Shown here one piece after another: positions 40,270 to 53,300 of a stretch of 64,000 bases of DNA (its first letter is position 1; the number at the start of each line of letters is the position of its first letter). Below the pieces are notes generated by a model. The model was not told where the DNA came from, did no database searches, and worked only from the letters and a program-made list of their open reading frames with translations. The position numbers and the translations under genes were made by a program. The stretch covers positions 44,640,001 through 44,704,000 of the forward strand of contig OZ287749.1 in assembly GCA_965649765.1 (NCBI GenBank), in the 5' to 3' direction. The DNA comes from Bispira polyomma. Lineage: Eukaryota.

Positions 40270-40460
40270 CTTTAATATCACTGGCCTCTCACCTCTGGGG
40301 TTCGAATCCGATGGATTCCTTCTTCATGTGAGAAAGTTTGTCAGGTACTTGCCGTAGGTCGTTGGTTTACAGTGCATCAGCACTGGTTTCCCCCACCACT
40401 AATCCTGGCCATCTCGATATGACCAATGCTGTTAAAAGCGACGTAAACCCCAAATTTAAA
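40270..40460 (+). mobile_element. tRNA-SINE, 5'-truncated
   Basis: gggttcgaatcc B box; core and tail as in the 11197 and 25580 copies. Confidence 0.75.
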
Positions 40461-40829
40461 TGTGACGTCTGCGAGCCAGATATTAGCCTAGGTTTCCATG
40501 TAGCCGATATCGATTTTGGCCTACATCAAAGATATAGACGTTTGGATATAGACTTTTATTCTTCCATGCAACTGATAAAATTTATGTTTCTGTGTGTCTC
40601 ATTTTATTGGAATCACGTTTCAAAAACACATATTGCACAAAAATAACCAAAAATTGGCCAGATTTGCCAATTTTTTTTAACTCGCTGACCCAAAAAATGT
40701 GAAGCCTCTGCCGATATCTGATCTCATCTGATACATGGAAGTTTCTACACTGTGAGTATTGGGATTAAAAAAAAAATCAGGTTAGGGTTGTATGTATTGG
40801 ATACTCCTTTCTCAAAGGGCTACATTGGC

Positions 40830-41217
40830 TACCTGTCAAGTACCGCATCATTTTCAAACTGTAAACCTATGTCAGCCCCCATATCTTGCCTCATTGTTGT
40901 CTTTCAGCAGACTTACCAGGGAAAACAGAATTTCAGTCTCTGATACCAGGACCAGTAAATGGATTGGATCCTATGCCTTCTCTGTTGCAGTACATACCCT
41001 ATGGAATAATTTTCCTATCCAATATACGATCCCAGGAAACACTCTCTGGCATTAGAAGTAACCTTAAGACCCATCTCTTGACCCTCGCTTACCCTCCATG
41101 AACATCATTTTCCTCCTCGTCACCCCAATCACGAATTTGCTTTGGAAATGATTTTGCGCTTCAGAAGATGCCTGGCATCAATAAGGAGCATTAAAAATCT
41201 ATCATATCATATCATAC
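40830..41217 (+). mobile_element. L2-clade LINE 3' end
   Basis: PPYLASLL..GSYAFSVAVHTLWNNFP and IRSNLKTHLLTLAYPP* C-terminal motifs, 3' UTR, (tatca)n tail. Confidence 0.8.
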
Positions 41218-41288
41218 ATGAAAGCTTATAGGTTTAGTTTGACATATTACTTCTTTATATTTCAGTAGAGCTGACATTGTACGACAAG

Positions 41289-41355
41289 ATGGCACTGAGT
41301 AGTGCCCGTGTTACCAGAAGTACTACCATAGTGCTACTGCTGCTGGTGGCCATAT
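41289..41355 (+). CDS. Signal-peptide exon MALSSARVTRSTTIVLLLLVAI
   Basis: ttcag acceptor at 41265, caagATGG start context, hydrophobic core, gtgagt phase-1 donor in frame with the 45274 acceptor (LCQESKS/QSTC). Confidence 0.82.
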
Positions 41356-44300
41356 GTGAGTGACTTTGTTTTATTTATAGCTTTTTTTAGACCGAGTTTT
41401 CTGTCCTTGACAATGCATTGATTTTTTTTTCTGATGGTATGCATAACGAGGACAGAGTTGTTTACTATAGCAAATCGTTGTAAATGTGTAAAAACACCAA
41501 TAACAGAAAAACTATCATCTTTCCATTTAGTCTGTGGTTGTATATTGAATAATCAAATAGCTGTACACAATATTATAACTTATGGCCAACCAAAAAGTAC
41601 TTGATTAATGAAATATTATTATTTTAAAATATTGCGGTATATTTCCGTTGAACAGAATATAATAAACTGCCGTGTCAGATTTACAATGATTTGCTAATAA
41701 AAATCAAAGTATTATCGAGGACAGAAAACTTGGTCTGAGCATTTGTCTGTCTCTCTACTCCTGTTTATTGTATGTAATACAGTAGAATCTCTACTATCTG
41801 AAAACTGTTGGGGGAGCAAGATTTTGTTTGGTAAATAGGAGAGGGCATAATAAGTTTATCAAATCAAGTTTTTAGAAAATAGAAGTTTGGATAATAGAGG
41901 TTCTACTGTGCTATAGAAGTGTTGTGAATCAATGTTTTACTGTATTTTATGTGCATAAGTCAAATCATAGAGAGACTATATTTATTCATATTTTGTAATA
42001 TTTCATTAAAGGTAATAATGCACCAAATACTGTATATATGGTTAACAACACAAGGACTTGTTTATCTATTTAGTCTATCACAGGTACAATTAAAAGTAAA
42101 TTTAATATTAATTCCTAGCTAAAATAATGGGGTATTTGTTCAAACAATAAATAACATATGTATGTATATTAGCCAAAAGGTAACAAGGGCCTGTAATCGC
42201 GAAAGGGCTAAGCCTGGATTTAGACTTTACTTAAGCCTTTTGTCTTAACTTTTTTGGGGAAAAAGGCTAGGACTTTGTCTTAGACTTATCTTATTGTCTT
42301 AGAAATATCAAACAATCCGAACTCTAACCTGTCATGAATCAAACAATAAGTCATATAATTCCTGATATTTTGAATCATAAATTATCTGAAGGGGCTTAGC
42401 CAGTCTTAAGTCAAAATTTAATGAATTAAAAAAAATTTAAATTGATATTCATTTTATTTTTACTTTGTGACGTTCATATAGGCCAGAATATTTATAGAAT
42501 ATATTATTGTGTGTAAAAATATAAATAATATTGTATTATATTGTGTAATATTGTAAATAAAACAATACAAGTTAATCTCACCATAATCTTAGCTAAGTTT
42601 TTTTTTGTGAATACCATTTAAGACCAAAACTTAGCTGAAACCAAAGTCTTAGATTTAAATTGGAACTTGGCCTCAGTTTTGGCTAAGTCGAAGCCTGTTA
42701 GTGAATATGAGCCCATGGCCCATATTCACTAATGGACTTAGCCAAGTCTTAGGCTTAAAAGTACTATACTTTTGTGCTAGATTATAGCCTAAGACTTGGC
42801 TAAGTCTGTCGGTAAATACGGTCCCTGAGAAACAAGCTCCATCTTACAGAAGTGTAACTTTTCACTATAGTGTATCAATCTTCTCCGTCATACAGGTTCA
42901 ATAGTGACATAAAATGACAAAATTAAGTGAAATTTTATGCTAACCAAAATTTGCACCCATACAATACAGGAGTGGACAGCTTACAGGACAGCGATAGCGG
43001 ACAGTAACTTAAAACAACAAAGTCATCTGTAAATATAAAGTACTTATAACACTAATTTTATTGTAATACAGACTTTGCATCCAAAGTGGGTCAGATTACC
43101 TGTTAAATGGATAAAATGTGTACATTTTAAGTTACTGTCCGCAGTGGCTGTCCCATCCACTAAGCTGGCCACCCGTGTATATACCCTGTATTTTATATAA
43201 TAATAGCGCTAGGGGAGGTAGGGGACGGGGGGGTGTTCAATTTTTCCAAAAGGGGGAATTATGATTAGAGAAAGCAATGTCAATGGCGAATAGGGGTCGG
43301 AATACCCTGACTTGTGACTAAATTTCAAAGCATACAAGTTGGTGTCCAACAATAACTGTAAAGGTGATTCATGATTAAATGCAGTAAAATACATAGATCT
43401 GCTGAAATATTGCCATTCATAATCTCAAAATCTTTTAAAAAGAGAACGGCTATTGTTAGGGAGAGGGCGCTTAATACAAAGCATACAGTATGTAATGCTT
43501 ATTTAAGGTTAAGGAGAGGGGGGGGGTTAGAGGGGGTTGGGACGGCTATTATTTCTGAAGTGGGGTGAAGTGGGGTGTATTACAAAAAACATGGTATGTA
43601 ATATTTGTCACCTATTTTATAACTGGGGAGTGACATTAGTTTTTGTACCAGAGGCTTGTATTCCAACTAAATGTCACATCCCAATCTATATCATTACAGC
43701 ATGGATCCTTTTGAGTTGTAACAAGCAAAGGTATTTGGGTTGTGCAGTACCACATGTGGCTTCCTCCGTTACTCTGTTCAGTGTAAATATATTTTATTAA
43801 GTGCAAGGAGTATGTTAAATCGGAATTTCCTGAATTATTTTATAACCATAAAGTCGAAAACTATAATGCAGTTGAGAGTGGAGACACTTGTCCCAGAATA
43901 ACAGAAAACTACATAGACCCACGTCAATAAAATTATTGCATGTCTTGTCAAAACAAAAGTAAAGGTCAAAACCATGGTTTAAGCAGTACATTAATTTTAT
44001 GGAAAAATTCTGTGCAAATTAAATAACAAAATACTATTGCCTGTGATGTAATAGAACTGCACAATAAAAAGTAAAAAATAATTCAACATCTTCACGATAC
44101 ATAAAATTAGTACGTCTAAACTAATGACAGATATATCAAATTTGGTTGTTAATGCAATACTGCAATGCATGTTCACTATCTGGAAATTAAATCTGTCACT
44201 CTTGTAAAAATTGAACCATGTTTTAAGAAATGAGATCAATGTATATTTTTTTATGTAAAAAGATAATGAGATTTCAAGCAAAGAGTATTAAATGTTTTCA

Positions 44301-47300
44301 GGTCATATAATTTGCACAGGTTTTATTTCATATAGCTTCACATCTTCATAAATGGTAAATATAATAGAGAGAAGCACTAAATGATCAACTTAAAAATTGT
44401 CACAGCTCATGTCATCGAGTATGACCCATGTTACTGAAAAATAGCCTTCTTTCCCCATCTGATTTAGGGTCCCAATTACTTTTAAAAGAACTGGGGTGTT
44501 ATCGGCTTTTGACTAAGCATGTAACAATATTTTTAAAAATCGATGTATTTTTAAAGCAATGTATTGCAATATAAAATTGGAAAATTGGTATTCCGGAAAA
44601 AAAGTTTGAGGCTGTCAGAGCATACAATATATATGTCAACAAAAACAATCAAACATTAAACAATGGATACAGTCTACATTGAATAAATTAAATGTTATTT
44701 CAATTTTCATCACTTTTACAGTTTGTTTACATTCTTCCGAGATCACTGCCTCTGATTTATATTGCACAAGCATTTGCTTATAGACAGAGAAACTCATTTG
44801 ATTTTTATTTAAAACTCGCTTATATTATTGCAAATGTATTACTGGAATATTTGAATACGGCTGGACTATTGCAATATATCGCAATACAGTATTCAAGCAC
44901 AGTACTCACCCCTACTTTTTGACAATATATGATTCAGATGGGTGTAGGTTAGATGCCATATGGCACTATTGGGTGAAGGATTCCTGTGTGGTTGGTTTAA
45001 AAGCCAGAACAATACTCTCAAATTCAACTACCTCTGGTTTGATCATTTATTTCTATGAATATAATATCGTAGTTTTCATATGTAACTGATATTATGTCAT
45101 GTGTCTCTGTCCATGTCAACTTCTTCTTCGAAACTATAAATACAAAAGAGTTTGTGATTCTTTACAGGTATCTTTGGACCATGGCACCATTGATGTTTTA
45201 AAGTCACATAGTTTCAAGAAAGATGAAAATGGCTACAACTTTTATCTTAAATTATTATTTGTCTCATTTTTAGTGTGTCAAGAAAGCAAATCCCAGAGCA
45301 CTTGCAGTGAAGAGGAGTGCTTAATTGAATGTGACCATGGGTTTATGAAAGATGAACATGGTTGTCGCCTGTGCCAGTGCAACGAACAGTCCCCTTGTTC
45401 TGACAACATGTGCATGATAGAATGTGAATATGGCTTTCAGAAAGATAAAAATGGCTGCAACATGTGTGAATGTCAAGAATGCCCCAATACCATGTGTATA
45501 ATGGAATGTGAATTTGGTTTCAAGAAAGATGACAATGGCTGTGACAAGTGTGAATGTGAAGAATGCCCCAATACCATGTGCATGATGGAATGTGAATTTG
45601 GTTTCAAGAAGGATGACAATGGCTGTAACACATGTGAATGTGAACCATGTTCCAAGAAACAATGCAGAAAGTTTTGCCAATATGGATTTAAGAAAGATGA
45701 CAGCGGATGTGAAATATGTGAATGTGAAGAATGCCCCAATACCATGTGTATGATGGAATGTGAATTTGGTTTCAAGAAGGATGACAATGGCTGCAACACG
45801 TGTGAATGTGAGCCATGTTCAAACATTATGTGTGCAATGTATTGTGAGAATGGGTTCAAGAAAGATGACAATGGCTGTGACAAGTGTGAATGTGAAGAAT
45901 GCCCCACTACCATGTGTATGATGGAATGTGAACATGGTTTTAAGAAGGATCAAAATAACTGTGACACTTGTGAATGTGAAGAATGCCCCAATACCATGTG
46001 TATGATGGAATGTGAACATGGTTTTAAGAAGGATCAAAATGGCTGTGACATTTGTGAATGTGAAGAATGCTCCACTACCATGTGTATGATGGAATGTGAA
46101 CATGGTTTTAAAAAGGATCAAAATGGCTGTGACACTTGTGAATGTGAAGAATGCCCCAATACCATGTGCATGATGGAATGTGAACATGGTTTTAAGAAGG
46201 ATCAAAATGGCTGTGACAAGTGTGAATGTGAAGAATGCCTCAATACCATGTGTATGATGGAATGTGAATTTGGTTTTAAGAAGGATGACAATGGCTGTGA
46301 CAAGTGTGAATGTGAACCATGTTTAAACATTATGTGTGCTATGTATTGTGAGTACGGGTTCAAGAAAGATGGCAATGGTTGCAACAAGTGTGAATGTGAA
46401 GAATGCCCCAATACCATGTGTATGATCGAATGTGAATTTGGTTTCAAGAAAGATGGCAATGGCTGCAACACATGTGAATGTGAGCCATGTTCAAACATTA
46501 TGTGTGCAATGTATTGTGAGAATGGGTTCAAGAAAGATGACAATGGCTGTGACAAGTGTGAATGTGAAGAATGCCCCACTACCATGTGTATGATGGAATG
46601 TGAACATGGTTTTAAGAAGGATCAAAATAACTGTGACACTTGTGAATGTGAAGAATGCCCCAATACCATGTGTATGATGGAATGTGAACATGGTTTTAAG
46701 AAGGATCAAAATGGCTGTGACATTTGTGAATGTGAAGAATGCTCCACTACCATGTGTATGATGGAATGTGAACATGGTTTTAAAAAGGATCAAAATGGCT
46801 GTGACACTTGTGAATGTGAAGAATGCCCCAATACCATGTGCATGATGGAATGTGAACATGGTTTTAAGAAGGATCAAAATGGCTGTGACAAGTGTGAATG
46901 TGAAGAATGCCTCAATACCATGTGTATGATGGAATGTGAATTTGGTTTTAAGAAGGATGACAATGGCTGTGACAAGTGTGAATGTGAACCATGTTTAAAC
47001 ATTATGTGTGCTATGTATTGTGAGTACGGGTTCAAGAAAGATGGCAATGGTTGCAACAAGTGTGAATGTGAAGAATGCCCCAATACCATGTGTATGATCG
47101 AATGTGAATTTGGTTTCAAGAAAGATGGCAATGGCTGCAACACATGTGAATGTGAGCCATGTTCAAACATTATGTGTGCAATGTATTGTGAGAATGGGTT
47201 CAAGAAAGATGACAATGGCTGTGACAAGTGTGAATGTGAAGAATGCCCCACTACCATGTGTATGATGGAATGTGAACATGGTTTTAAGAAGGATCAAAAT

Positions 47301-50300
47301 AACTGTGACACTTGTGAATGTGAAGAATGCCCCAATACCATGTGTATGATGGAATGTGAACATGGTTTTAAGAAGGATCAAAATGGCTGTGACATTTGTG
47401 AATGTGAAGAATGCTCCACTACCATGTGTATGATGGAATGTGAACATGGTTTTAAAAAGGATCAAAATGGCTGTGACACTTGTGAATGTGAAGAATGCCC
47501 CAATACCATGTGCATGATGGAATGTGAACATGGTTTTAAGAAGGATCAAAATGGCTGTGACAAGTGTGAATGTGAAGAATGCCCCAATACCATGTGTATG
47601 ATGGAATGTGAATTTGGTTTTAAGAAGGATGACAATGGCTGTGACAAGTGTGAATGTGAACCATGTTTAAACATTATGTGTGCTATGTATTGTGAGTACG
47701 GGTTCAAGAAAGATGGCAATGGTTGCGACAAGTGTGAATGTGAAGAATGCCCCAATACCATGTGTATGATCGAATGTGAATTTGGTTTCAAGAAAGATGT
47801 TAATGGTTGTGACACATGTGAATGTGAACCATGTTCCAAGAAACAATGCAGAAAGTTTTGCCAATATGGATTTAAGAAAGATGACAGCGGATGTGAAATA
47901 TGTGAATGTGAAGAATGTCCCAATACCATGTGTATGATGGAATGTGAACATGGTTTTAAGAGGGATCAAAATGGCTGTGACACTTGTGAATGTGAAGAAT
48001 GCCCCAATACCATGTGTATGATGGAATGTGAATTTGGTTTCAAGAAGGATGACAATGGCTGCAACACGTGTGAATGTGAGCCATGTTCAAACATTATGTG
48101 TGCAATGTATTGTGAGAATGGGTTTAAGAAAGATGACAATGGCTGTGACAAGTGTGAATGTGAAGAATGCCCCAATACCATGTGTATGATGGAATGTGAA
48201 TTTGGTTTCAAGAAAGATGGCAATGGCTGCGACATATGTGAATGTGAGCCATGTTCAAACATTATGTGTGCAATGTATTGTGAGAATGGGTTCAAGAAAG
48301 ATGACAATGGCTGTGACAAGTGTGAATGTGAAGAATGCCCCAATACCATGTGTATGATGGAATGTGAACATGGTTTTAAGAAGGATCAAAATGGCTGTGA
48401 CACTTGTGAATGTGAAGAATGCCCCAATACCATGTGTATGATGGAATGTGAACATGGTTTTAAGAAGGATGACAATGGCTGTGACACTTGTGAATGTGAA
48501 GAATGCCCCAATACCATGTGTATGATGGAATGTGAACATGGTTTTAAGAAGGATCAAAATGGCTGTGACACTTGTGAATGTGAAGAATGCCCCAATACCA
48601 TGTGTATGATGGAATGTGAACATGGTTTTAAGAAGGATCAAAATGGCTGTGACAAGTGTGAATGTGAAGAATGCCTCAATACCATGTGTATGATGGAATG
48701 TGAATTTGGTTTTAAGAAGGATGACAATGGCTGTGACAAGTGTGAATGTGAACCATGTTTAAACATTATGTGTGCTATGTATTGTGAGTACGGGTTCAAG
48801 AAAGATGGCAATGGTTGCGACAAGTGTGAATGTGAAGAATGCCCCAATACCATGTGTATGATCGAATGTGAATTTGGTTTCAAGAAAGATGTTAATGGTT
48901 GTGACACATGTGAATGTGAACCATGTTCCAAGAAACAATGCAGAAAGTTTTGCCAATATGGATTTAAGAAAGATGACAGCGGATGTGAAATATGTGAATG
49001 TGAAGAATGTCCCAATACCATGTGTATGATGGAATGTGAACATGGTTTTAAGAGGGATCAAAATGGCTGTGACACTTGTGAATGTGAAGAATGCCCCAAT
49101 ACCATGTGTATGATGGAATGTGAATTTGGTTTCAAGAAGGATGACAATGGCTGCAACACGTGTGAATGTGAGCCATGTTCAAACATTATGTGTGCAATGT
49201 ATTGTGAGAATGGGTTTAAGAAAGATGACAATGGCTGTGACAAGTGTGAATGTGAAGAATGCCCCAATACCATGTGTATGATGGAATGTGAATTTGGTTT
49301 CAAGAAAGATGGCAATGGCTGCGACATATGTGAATGTGAGCCATGTTCAAACATTATGTGTGCAATGTATTGTGAGAATGGGTTCAAGAAAGATGACAAT
49401 GGCTGTGACAAGTGTGAATGTGAAGAATGCCCCAATACCATGTGTATGATGGAATGTGAACATGGTTTTAAGAAGGATCAAAATGGCTGTGACACTTGTG
49501 AATGTGAAGAATGCCCCAATACCATGTGTATGATGGAATGTGAACATGGTTTTAAGAAGGATGACAATGGCTGTGACACTTGTGAATGTGAAGAATGCCC
49601 CAATACCATGTGTATGATGGAATGTGAACATGGTTTTAAGAAGGATCAAAATGGCTGTGACACTTGTGAATGTGAAGAATGCCCCAATACCATGTGTATG
49701 ATGGAATGTGAACATGGTTTTAAGAAGGATCAAAATGGCTGTGACAAGTGTGAATGTGAAGAATGCCTCAATACCATGTGTATGATGGAATGTGAATTTG
49801 GTTTTAAGAAGGATGACAATGGCTGTGACAAGTGTGAATGTGAACCATGTTTAAACATTATGTGTGCTATGTATTGTGAGTACGGGTTCAAGAAAGATGG
49901 CAATGGTTGCGACAAGTGTGAATGTGAAGAATGCCCCAATACCATGTGTATGATCGAATGTGAATTTGGTTTCAAGAAAGATGTTAATGGTTGCGACACA
50001 TGTGAATGTGAACCATGTTCCAAGAAACAATGCAGAAAGTTTTGCCAATATGGATTTAAGAAAGATGACAGCGGATGTGAAATATGTGAATGTGAAGAAT
50101 GTCCCAATACCATGTGTATGATGGAATGTGAACATGGTTTTAAGAGGGATCAAAATGGCTGTGACACTTGTGAATGTGAAGAATGCCCCAATACCATGTG
50201 TATGATGGAATGTGAATTTGGTTTCAAGAAGGATGACAATGGCTGCAACACGTGTGAATGTGAGCCATGTTCAAACATTATGTGTGCAATGTATTGTGAG

Positions 50301-53300
50301 AATGGGTTTAAGAAAGATGACAATGGCTGTGACAAGTGTGAATGTGAAGAATGCCCCAATGCCATATGTATGATGGAATGTGAATTTGGTTTCAAGAAAG
50401 ATGGCAATGGCTGCGACACATGTGAATGTGAGCCATGTTCAAACATTATGTGTGCTATGTACTGTGAGAATGGGTTCAAGAAAGATGACAATGGCTGTGA
50501 CAAGTGTGAATGTGAAGAATGCCCCAATACCATGTGTATGATGGAATGTGAACATGGTTTTAAGAAGGATCAAAATGGCTGTGACAAGTGTGAATGTGAA
50601 GAATGCCCCAATACCATGTGTATGATGGAATGTGAATTTGGTTTTAAGAAGGATGACAATGGCTGTGACAAGTGTGAATGTGAACCATGTTCAAACATTA
50701 TGTGTGCTATGTATTGTGAGTACGGGTTCAAGAAAGATGGCAATGGTTGCGACAAGTGTGAATGTGAAGAATGCCCCAATACCATGTGTATGATGGAATG
50801 TGAATTTGGTTTCAAGAAAGATGGCAAAGGCTGCAACACATGTGAATGTGAACCATGTTCCAAAAAACAATGCAGAAAGTATTGCCAATATGGATTTAAG
50901 AAAGATGACAGCGGATGTGAAATATGTGAATGTGAAGAATGCCCCAATACCATGTGTATGATGGAATGTGAATTTGGTTTCAAGAAGGATGACAATGGCT
51001 GTGACACATGTGAATGTGAGCCATGTTCAAACATTATGTGTGCGATGTATTGTGAAAATGGGTTCAAGAAAGATGACAATGGCTGTGACAAGTGTGAATG
51101 TGAAGAATGCCCAAACACCATGTGTATGATGGAATGTGAATTTGGTTTCAAGAAGGATCAAAATGGCTGTGACACGTGTGAATGTGAAGAATGCCCCAAT
51201 ACCATGTGCATGATGGAATGTGAATTTGGTTTCAAGAAGAATGTTAATGGTTGCAACACATGTGAATGTGAACCATGTTCCAAAAAACAATGCAGAAAGT
51301 ATTGCCAATATGGATTTAAGAAAGATGACAGTGGATGTGAAATATGTGAATGTGAAGAATGCCCCAATACCATGTGTATGATGGAATGTGAACATGGTTT
51401 TAAGAAGGATCAAAATAGCTGTGACACGTGTGAATGTGAGCCATGTTCAAACATTATGTGTGCAATGTATTGTGAGAATGGGTTCAAGAAAGATGGCAAT
51501 GGCTGCGACATGTGTGAATGTGAAGAATGTCCCAATACCATGTGTATGATGGAATGTGAATTTGGTTTTAGGAAGGATGGCAATGGCTGTAACATGTGTG
51601 AATGTGAAGAATGCCCCAATACCATGTGTATGATGGAATGTGAATTTGGTTTCAAGAAAGATGGCAATGGCTGCGACATATGTGAATGTGAGCCATGTTC
51701 AAACATTATGTGTGCAATGTATTGTGAGAATGGGTTCAAGAAAGATGACAATGGCTGTGACAAGTGTGAATGTGAAGAATGCCCCAATACCATGTGTATG
51801 ATCGAATGTGAATTTGGTTTCAAGAAGGATGACAATGGCTGCGACATTTGTGAATGTGAAGAATGCGCCAATACCATGTGTATGATAGAATGTGAACATG
51901 GATTCAAGAAGGATGTACACGGTTGTGACCACTGTGAATGTGCTGACTTCGCTTGTCCACCTCTGCAGTGCTTTATAAACTGTGAACATGGGATGAAAAA
52001 GGTACTTATATATCATTAAAATGGAGAAAATGATATATGACATGCTAAGCATAGTATTTATTGTTGATAAAACTTTTTAATCAAATTTTATATTATGTTA
52101 TGTCACTTGTTACAATAATGACACTAATGGTTCGAACTGTGGTTTTCACATTTTATCTGATGCCTATATCTGACCAAAAAAATTAGCTGAAACTTGCCGT
52201 ATGTGGGTATTCATAAACCATTTTAAACCAAGATAGAGTGATTAAAAGCCTTTTTTCGAAGGAGCGACTGAATTTTGAAAATAGTTAATATTCATGATTA
52301 TTCCAGCTATTTCTGAAATCTTTAATAAATGCCAAATATCTCCAAAACAAAGTGAGATAGAGGTACTTCAGACTTATTTTAGACCCACCATGGTATAAAG
52401 ATTCTATTAATTAAAAATGTCTTAATCTATTATTTTTGGTATTCATTAACCCGTAATTTCTGTCACTTTCTATTATTCTTTTTTGTATTAATATGATATA
52501 TTGTATTGATATACCATCAAAAAAGAGAAAAACATTCTAATTTTGAAATATAAAGGTACACAAAAAAGCTTTAAAATACAACCAGATCAAATGATACAAA
52601 AGTCAATTTTCAGTGGTTGTAATTGATGCATTGTAGGATGACAAGGGCTGCTTGACCTGTGACTGTTTAGAGAGTCCTGTCTCTTGTTCTGACATTGAGT
52701 GCATGATGGAATGTCCATTCGGTCAGAGAAGAGATGATAATGACTGCAGTCTGTGTTCTTGTAAAGAAAGTGCTTGTGAGGTAACTACAAAATGTTAATT
52801 GTATTGTACTCAAATTTATACTCACTGAATTTGGCTACCTTCATCTGTTATTCAAAGAGCTAATTATCCTTTTCTTGGCAGCCCAAGTACAGCCAACCAG
52901 CCCTAGTAATTTCCATTCCTTTAACTGAAGAGACAGAGATTCAGGGATAAATAATTTATCAATGTTCCCAAGGTTATTTAGCCTGCCACCGAGGATAGGA
53001 CCTGATAATTGAGGACCTCTATTTTAAGTGGTCATCTGAGCCAGTCTGTATCTGTCTGTACCTTATCTCTCAATGCTGGGATTGAACCTAGGTCCACTGG
53101 ATTTCCAAGTGACTGTGTAACTCATTAGAGCACAGTGGAAGATCAATTAAAGAAAACAACAGTTTTCTTCTATAAGCTAGTGATTGTTAATTTAATTAAA
53201 GCCATTGATAGATTGAAATTTTATTTGTTATTATCTAACCACAGTTTTACACAGCTTCTTAATCACATTTGTCTTATTTTAACACAGTGTAATTCATGCA

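Noticed and set aside
44465-44913. hAT-like MITE (taggg...cccta)
   Set aside because: Termini are suggestive but there is no matching 8-bp TSD; too weak to call.
675-44922. Remaining short 60-120 aa ORFs in the track
   Set aside because: Low-complexity AT-rich translations with no motifs or splice support, many with non-ATG starts or overlapping repeats.
45099-45273. N-terminal 58 codons of the 2306-aa ORF as the true start
   Set aside because: Starts at a non-ATG codon with no signal peptide; a phase-1 acceptor at 45273 joins a proper signal-peptide exon at 41289. The AG at 45167 is phase 0 and incompatible.
45480-51947. CRISPR array, metallothionein or polyferredoxin interpretation
   Set aside because: No unique spacers, eukaryotic context, and the Cys spacing plus GFKKDxNGC matches the antistasin pattern in a signal-peptide-bearing protein.
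52002-52019. ORF end VLIYH* as the C-terminus
   Set aside because: It interrupts an antistasin unit that is completed by the 52637 exon, so it is intron read-through (a retained-intron secreted isoform cannot be excluded).
45321-52052. Many minus-strand His/Ser- or Thr/Phe-rich ORFs
   Set aside because: Antisense shadows of the coding repeat that recur with the 672/1092-bp periodicity.
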